Below, one piece after another: positions 59,088 to 64,000 of a stretch of 64,000 nucleotides of DNA (position 1 is the first letter of the stretch; the number at the start of each line of letters is the position of its first letter). The DNA comes from Schmidtea polychroa (lineage: Eukaryota). Under the pieces are notes generated by a model. That model was not told where the DNA came from, did no database searches, and saw nothing but the letters and a program-made list of their open reading frames with translations. The stretch covers positions 41,542,001-41,606,000 of the forward strand of contig CM097885.1 of the NCBI GenBank assembly GCA_044892525.1, in the 5' to 3' direction. Both the position numbers and the translations under genes were made by a program.

Positions 59088-60299
59088 CTAAAATAAAATA
59101 ACATTAATGTATACGACCAGTCAAATAACTGATTTTTATTAGCCCTTAAATACCACCTATTCAAAAATTAGTATTAAAACTATCCATGGGTCCCTGGGCC
59201 CGATAATTATCTTTAATATATGGAAAGTTTGAATGTGATTGTTTGTAAATTTATTTGCAAATCTCGAGTTAATGTAATATATATTTGATGGATGGCATGA
59301 TAAACAAGTGTTTCTGATTTCACGAACAGTTTTGACAAATTAGTTCAGCACATTCATGATATATTGGACAACTACAAATAACACAGCAAGCACTCGTTTT
59401 GCGACTCCTAATGTCGGGCACATTGAATATCCCTTTCCTTTTGATCTGGAAATATTTACTAATGGCTTGGATATAAAGGCAACTCTGTACCAATTAGTCT
59501 AGCTACGATGATCCGAAAACTGTGAGGAATTTTTCCATTCTTCATTTGCACAAGAAGTTCAAAAAGTGAGATTCCGAATTCTTTCACAAACTGTAAACAT
59601 GAAATTTTCTTGTCTTTATTTGCTGCGACAAATACGATTCTATAATTTATTCCTGAAATGTTCATTATGCTATGAAATAATGCCATTGGGCCAACGTGAT
59701 GTGGAACAATTAGCACATTTTTGCTCCAAACCATTCACTTCAGATTTGGTATCATTTTAAAACATAATAATTTATGTTTTCTTGTGTTTTCATCACTTGC
59801 AGCTTGGTTGTGCGTGGTTGTAGCTTGATTATTCAATTATTCGAGAGTGATTTGGTAGAAATTCAGATGGAAGAAATCGTGTGTTTTTTCGTACGGTATC
59901 AACGTATGTTAAACGAAATATTCAAGAGTTCATCCACAAGTTCCACTGATATATACCAGTTGTCTCATGTTATATTCATGTTATCATGTGATATTATCTG
60001 CAGTGAATATTGTAGTAGGTTTTTGCTTCAGCCAATATATGAACTTTTATTCCGTGCTATCTTACTTGGAATGTACATACGGAAGTTACATAGGTCTCTG
60101 AATGATATAAACATTTTATCAATAGTTGTGTCAAGTTTATCAATTTCCTTTCTGTGTTGCCTGATGTTAATGTCATCAAATTGAAGAAATGATAGCAGAA
60201 AAGAGAAACAAGCCAAACTCCTAGCGCTCCGAAAAATCTCCCTATTATTTCCATTGGTTGCCCATAATGATTTTATGTCTTCATGTCCAGAATTGAATA

Positions 60300-61255
60300 C
60301 TACTTAAGTAATTTAAGTGAGCTCGGTTGCATGGTGGCCAGGTATGACAAACGACATTGAGAAATTTGTAAAACATTGTTCAATGTGCTCGAAAATCCGA
60401 CCAAATCTAATCAAAACAGTTCATCGATGGCCCGATGCTAAGCCATTCGAACGAGTACATCTTGACTGGGCATACGCCAAGGAGGTTGGCAACATTCTAA
60501 TTATAGTTGACTCGGGTTCGGGTTGAATCGAAGCCTTTAGAGCGAAAGAGAGGACCACATCCGGCATTATCAAATGTCTGAGAACAGTGTTTACGCGTTT
60601 TGGTATCCCTGAATGTGTCGTAACGGATAACGCACCAGAGTTCACATCAAAAGAATTGATGTCTTAGTTAGAACACCAAGGAGCCCGTAAAATGGAATCT
60701 ACACCATACTTCCCATTGGCAAATAGCGGAGCTGAACGAGCAGTTCAAACCATCAAGAGGGGTATAAAATGTTGGAAGGTAAGTCAATGCAATACTGAAT
60801 TTGACGAGTTTCTTCAAAAGATGCTATTCTATCATCGGATATCTGCTGATTTTGAAGGTAAGTCCCCATCAGAAATGATTTTTGGGAGACTAATACGCAG
60901 ACCGATAATACCTCCATTCCAACAAGGCGAAGTTGTGGACTTCAAATCTGGCTTAACTAATGACACCTCTTGTCAGACTTTTCTCATGCCATAGAACAGG
61001 AATACATCATGGATCATCTCAGAAGATGATTACAACCCGATCATGAAATTAGCAAGTAACAACCAACTATCTCCAAAGGGTCTAAATGAAACAATGGAGA
61101 ATGAAATTCCGTTATCACTAGATGAAACGCCAGACATGAATGATGATCAGACAGAAGAAGTTATACCCATTGCCTCTCAAAAAGAGCCTCGAAAGATCAA
61201 TCGAATTCGTAGACCTCCGCAAAGACTGGGAGAATAAGCTCTAGAGGAGGACATG
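60300..61255 (+). mobile_element. Second, older Gypsy integrase remnant
   Basis: WWPGMTNDIEKFVKHCSMC, PFERVHLDW, TDNAPEF, SGAERAVQT, RIRRPPQRL; purine tract after the stop. Confidence 0.8.
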
Positions 61256-62626
61256 AAATAATATTAAGAAAATAATATTATTAAAATTGTTTAAATAAAC
61301 AGATGTTTTTAAAGAATAGATTTTTGAATTAAAACGTATTATTCAATTCAGAAGAAGTGGCTATAAGTATAATTTAATATTTGTATAGATAATTTTATAT
61401 TTTATAATTTGAAAATGAAACAAAAATACAATATTTTTGTGATATCTTTATGCGATACCGCTCCGACTCGTATTGTTTATTGAAACGTTGAACCATTCCT
61501 TATCACCTTTACCTCCGAATATAGACATTCTCAACAAATATTAAAGTTGAAGATCAAATTGTTAATAAAATTTATGATAATATTAACTTGAAAGTTATGA
61601 TTCTGCTTCCTAAATCTAAAGAAAAAGATGTGATGATTTAAGAATTTGATATCCCAAAACGAAACAATTAATAATTATCCGAAAAAAATAGTGGCTGATA
61701 ACTGAAAAATCAAGATAATATTAATTTGTTTCTATAGCTATAGAGAATTGGGTTCGAATATTTTAAATATTTAAAAAAAATAATGACTCAGCATGCACTA
61801 TGTTAACGTAATAAAAATAATGATGATAAAATCAAAACACGATCTTCATTTACGGAACATCACTTATAAAATAATAAAAATATTGAACGTCACAAAATGA
61901 AAGGAATCATACACAAAAAATGCGTTTCAAATGATAAAGCAGTTAGTGCTGCATACCATCTTGAAAGTTTGGAACGTTTACTTTCCCGTATTTGCGGTAT
62001 TCAACCAGAATGTAAGGAACCAGGCAGTTGGGATCTTTTGAATGACAATGCAACAGGTCATTGTTAATCAATTGTTACTGACCTTTAGACAAAAATAAAA
62101 GCTTTTGGTAAATCATTTACCATATTCGTCCAGTCTTTCTCTGCGTAGTTCTTTTTCCCAAAGCATCATCTGACAATAGAAGGAAATTGCTTTGCATTTG
62201 TTGAAAACATCCATCATGAAATTACTAGCATTCTTAACGATATTCCAATCAGCGACATAAAAGATTAATTTGACACTTATTGAACTTGCAAATCTTTGCA
62301 TTTCTCATGAAGGCAAATATTTTAAATGTTATCATATTTTAATAAGCGTACTACTGGAAATAAACAGTAAAAGAATTCAAAGACGTCATTGAACCTTCAT
62401 CAATTAAAATATCTGTCATTTCATCTCACTTTGAATTAAGCTATTATTTAAAGCCACTATGTTGAAAAGCGCTTGCTCATTTTCATTAAATATTCGATTT
62501 CGCTCTAAAATACTCCGTTTGAATTTAGTATTCGCCTCAACAAATGTCCTCCCATTCCTATTATCAGATAAAACTTTTCGAATAGTTTGTCTGTTGAAAT
62601 CCAAGCTTGTTGCAATATCTTTTATT

Positions 62627-63836
62627 GGTAAAAGCCCGATATAGCATCGGTAATTATTTACATCAAAATATACCACAAAAGATAGCTACTTCATATGGAT
62701 TTCATATGGATTTAATTTTTATTAAATTAAATTTTAAATGCAAAATGGCCGGAAGACCACGAGCATCCACAATAATAGTGCCTCGTAATGAAATAATGAG
62801 TAAAAACGATATGTTAAATGAGGTGTGGCGATTGTCGACGCTTTCACCACACTTACAACAACCTGATTCGGCATTACAGTGGTGTGCCCGCCGAAGCTTG
62901 GTTCGCAACTCTGTGCCATGCGGAATTTGCAATCAACCGTGCACATTGAATCGGTACCAGCAGGGAATTGACGGTAGGAGATGGGCATGCGACCGTTGTG
63001 GTTACCGTGTATCGGTGCGAAACAAATCCTTCTTTGCACGCAGCCAATTATCATTACAACAAATTGTTGTCCTCGTTTATTGCTGGTCGTATGATATGCC
63101 GCAGATGCAGATGTAGCACGAGGCTGATGTTGCCAAAAACCTAGTAATTGATTGGTGCAACTACATGCGCGAAGAGTGTGCAACATGGCTGGAACGCAGT
63201 GCGCCCGAAATTGGTGGAATAGACGTCAATGGACAATCTATAATTGTGGAAATAGATGAAACAAAATATTTTCACAGGAAATATCACCGTGGTCAGTGGC
63301 GTGATGGCCACTGGGTTTTCGGAGGAATTGAACGAGAAAGTGGCCGGTGCTTCCTGTTGGAAGTGCAAGACAGGCGGGCAGGGACGTTGCAAGCATGTAT
63401 AGAAGCTCACATTTTGCCAGGGACACATATAATGTCTGATGGGTGGGCTGCATATGCAAATATAGATCAAATCAGACATGGAATATATGAGCATTCCGTT
63501 GTTGTGTACCAACGTAACTTCGTCGATCCTAATGACTCCGAAGTGCATACTCAGAACATCGAGAACATGTGGATGAGGGTGAAGAGGAAGTTTCCGTCAT
63601 ATCTGCAAGAATTTGCGTATCGTAACCAATTTCGACGCACAGACTTGTTTCCAAACTTCTTAATTACGCTTATGGATAACTATCCGTGAATTACTTTTCG
63701 TGATGTTGTTTACTTGAAATACAATTGCGCTGTTTGAGTGTATTTTGATGTGAATAAAGCTTGTTTGGGTGTACTGTCACTTTTTTGTGGTACATTTTGA
63801 TGTAAATAATTACCGACGCTATATCGGGCTTTTACC
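62627..63836 (+). mobile_element. Merlin (IS1595-like) DNA transposon
   Basis: ~55-bp TIRs GGTAAAAGCCCGATATAGC...; exact 8-bp TSD CTTTTATT. Confidence 0.93.
62745..63689 (+). pseudogene. Merlin transposase with in-frame TAG at 63114-63116
   Basis: Zn ribbon CGIC..CDRC; VEIDETKY, WVFGGIER, IMSDGWAAY, HTQNIENMW. Confidence 0.9.
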
Positions 63837-64000
63837 CTTTTATTTTCATATTATCATTTTGCGCCATTCTAATAATCGTTTCCGCCATTTCAACAGTTAC
63901 CATTTTGCGACTCTTCCTTGCCATGGACGCCTTTTGAATTTTAATATTTAACGTTATTTAAAAACCAATTAAACAAACAAACAGTAATAGTCATTATATC

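Larger units (their letters stand above)
62400..63925 (-). mobile_element. Decayed Tc1/IS630-like transposase N-terminus interrupted by the Merlin element
   Basis: MARKSRKMVT...NDNMK (63925-63845) continues as the HTH-like IKDIATSLDFNRQTIRKVL left of 62626. Confidence 0.4.

Noticed and set aside
59270..60270. Coding-like stretch with several short ORFs
   Set aside because: No motif I could assign; probably decayed TE sequence; needs BLASTX

Overview
Very AT-rich animal genomic DNA, probably a planarian/flatworm-like host (inferred from composition, 49-50 nt introns and the element families). A minus-strand host OATP/SLCO transporter gene (7 exons visible, 59087 to 16850, 5' end beyond the window) has introns filled with mobile DNA. 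Two unrelated Polinton/Maverick (adintovirus-like) endogenous viruses dominate. Polinton A (2278-16389, TSD ACCATT) carries a cluster of tRNA-like Pol III units, a heavily base-paired ~360-nt domain in its TIRs, a capsid-PLA2-integrase reading frame and a membrane protein with PSAP/YPxL late-domain motifs. Polinton B (18805-34692, TSD ATTTAT) encodes a TBP-like protein and duplicated pentons, and has three 40-44 nt GT-AG introns (integrase, protease, putative SSB). Both elements have one intact AGTAG terminus and one truncated terminus abutting the TSD. The window also holds a ~377-nt retrozyme-like repeat with minimal hammerhead ribozymes and a U1-5'-end-like motif, a dispersed RNF126-like module, a Gypsy LTR element, and hAT, Mutator, pogo/Tigger, mariner and Merlin transposons. 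All calls were made by eye from motifs; no database searches were run.
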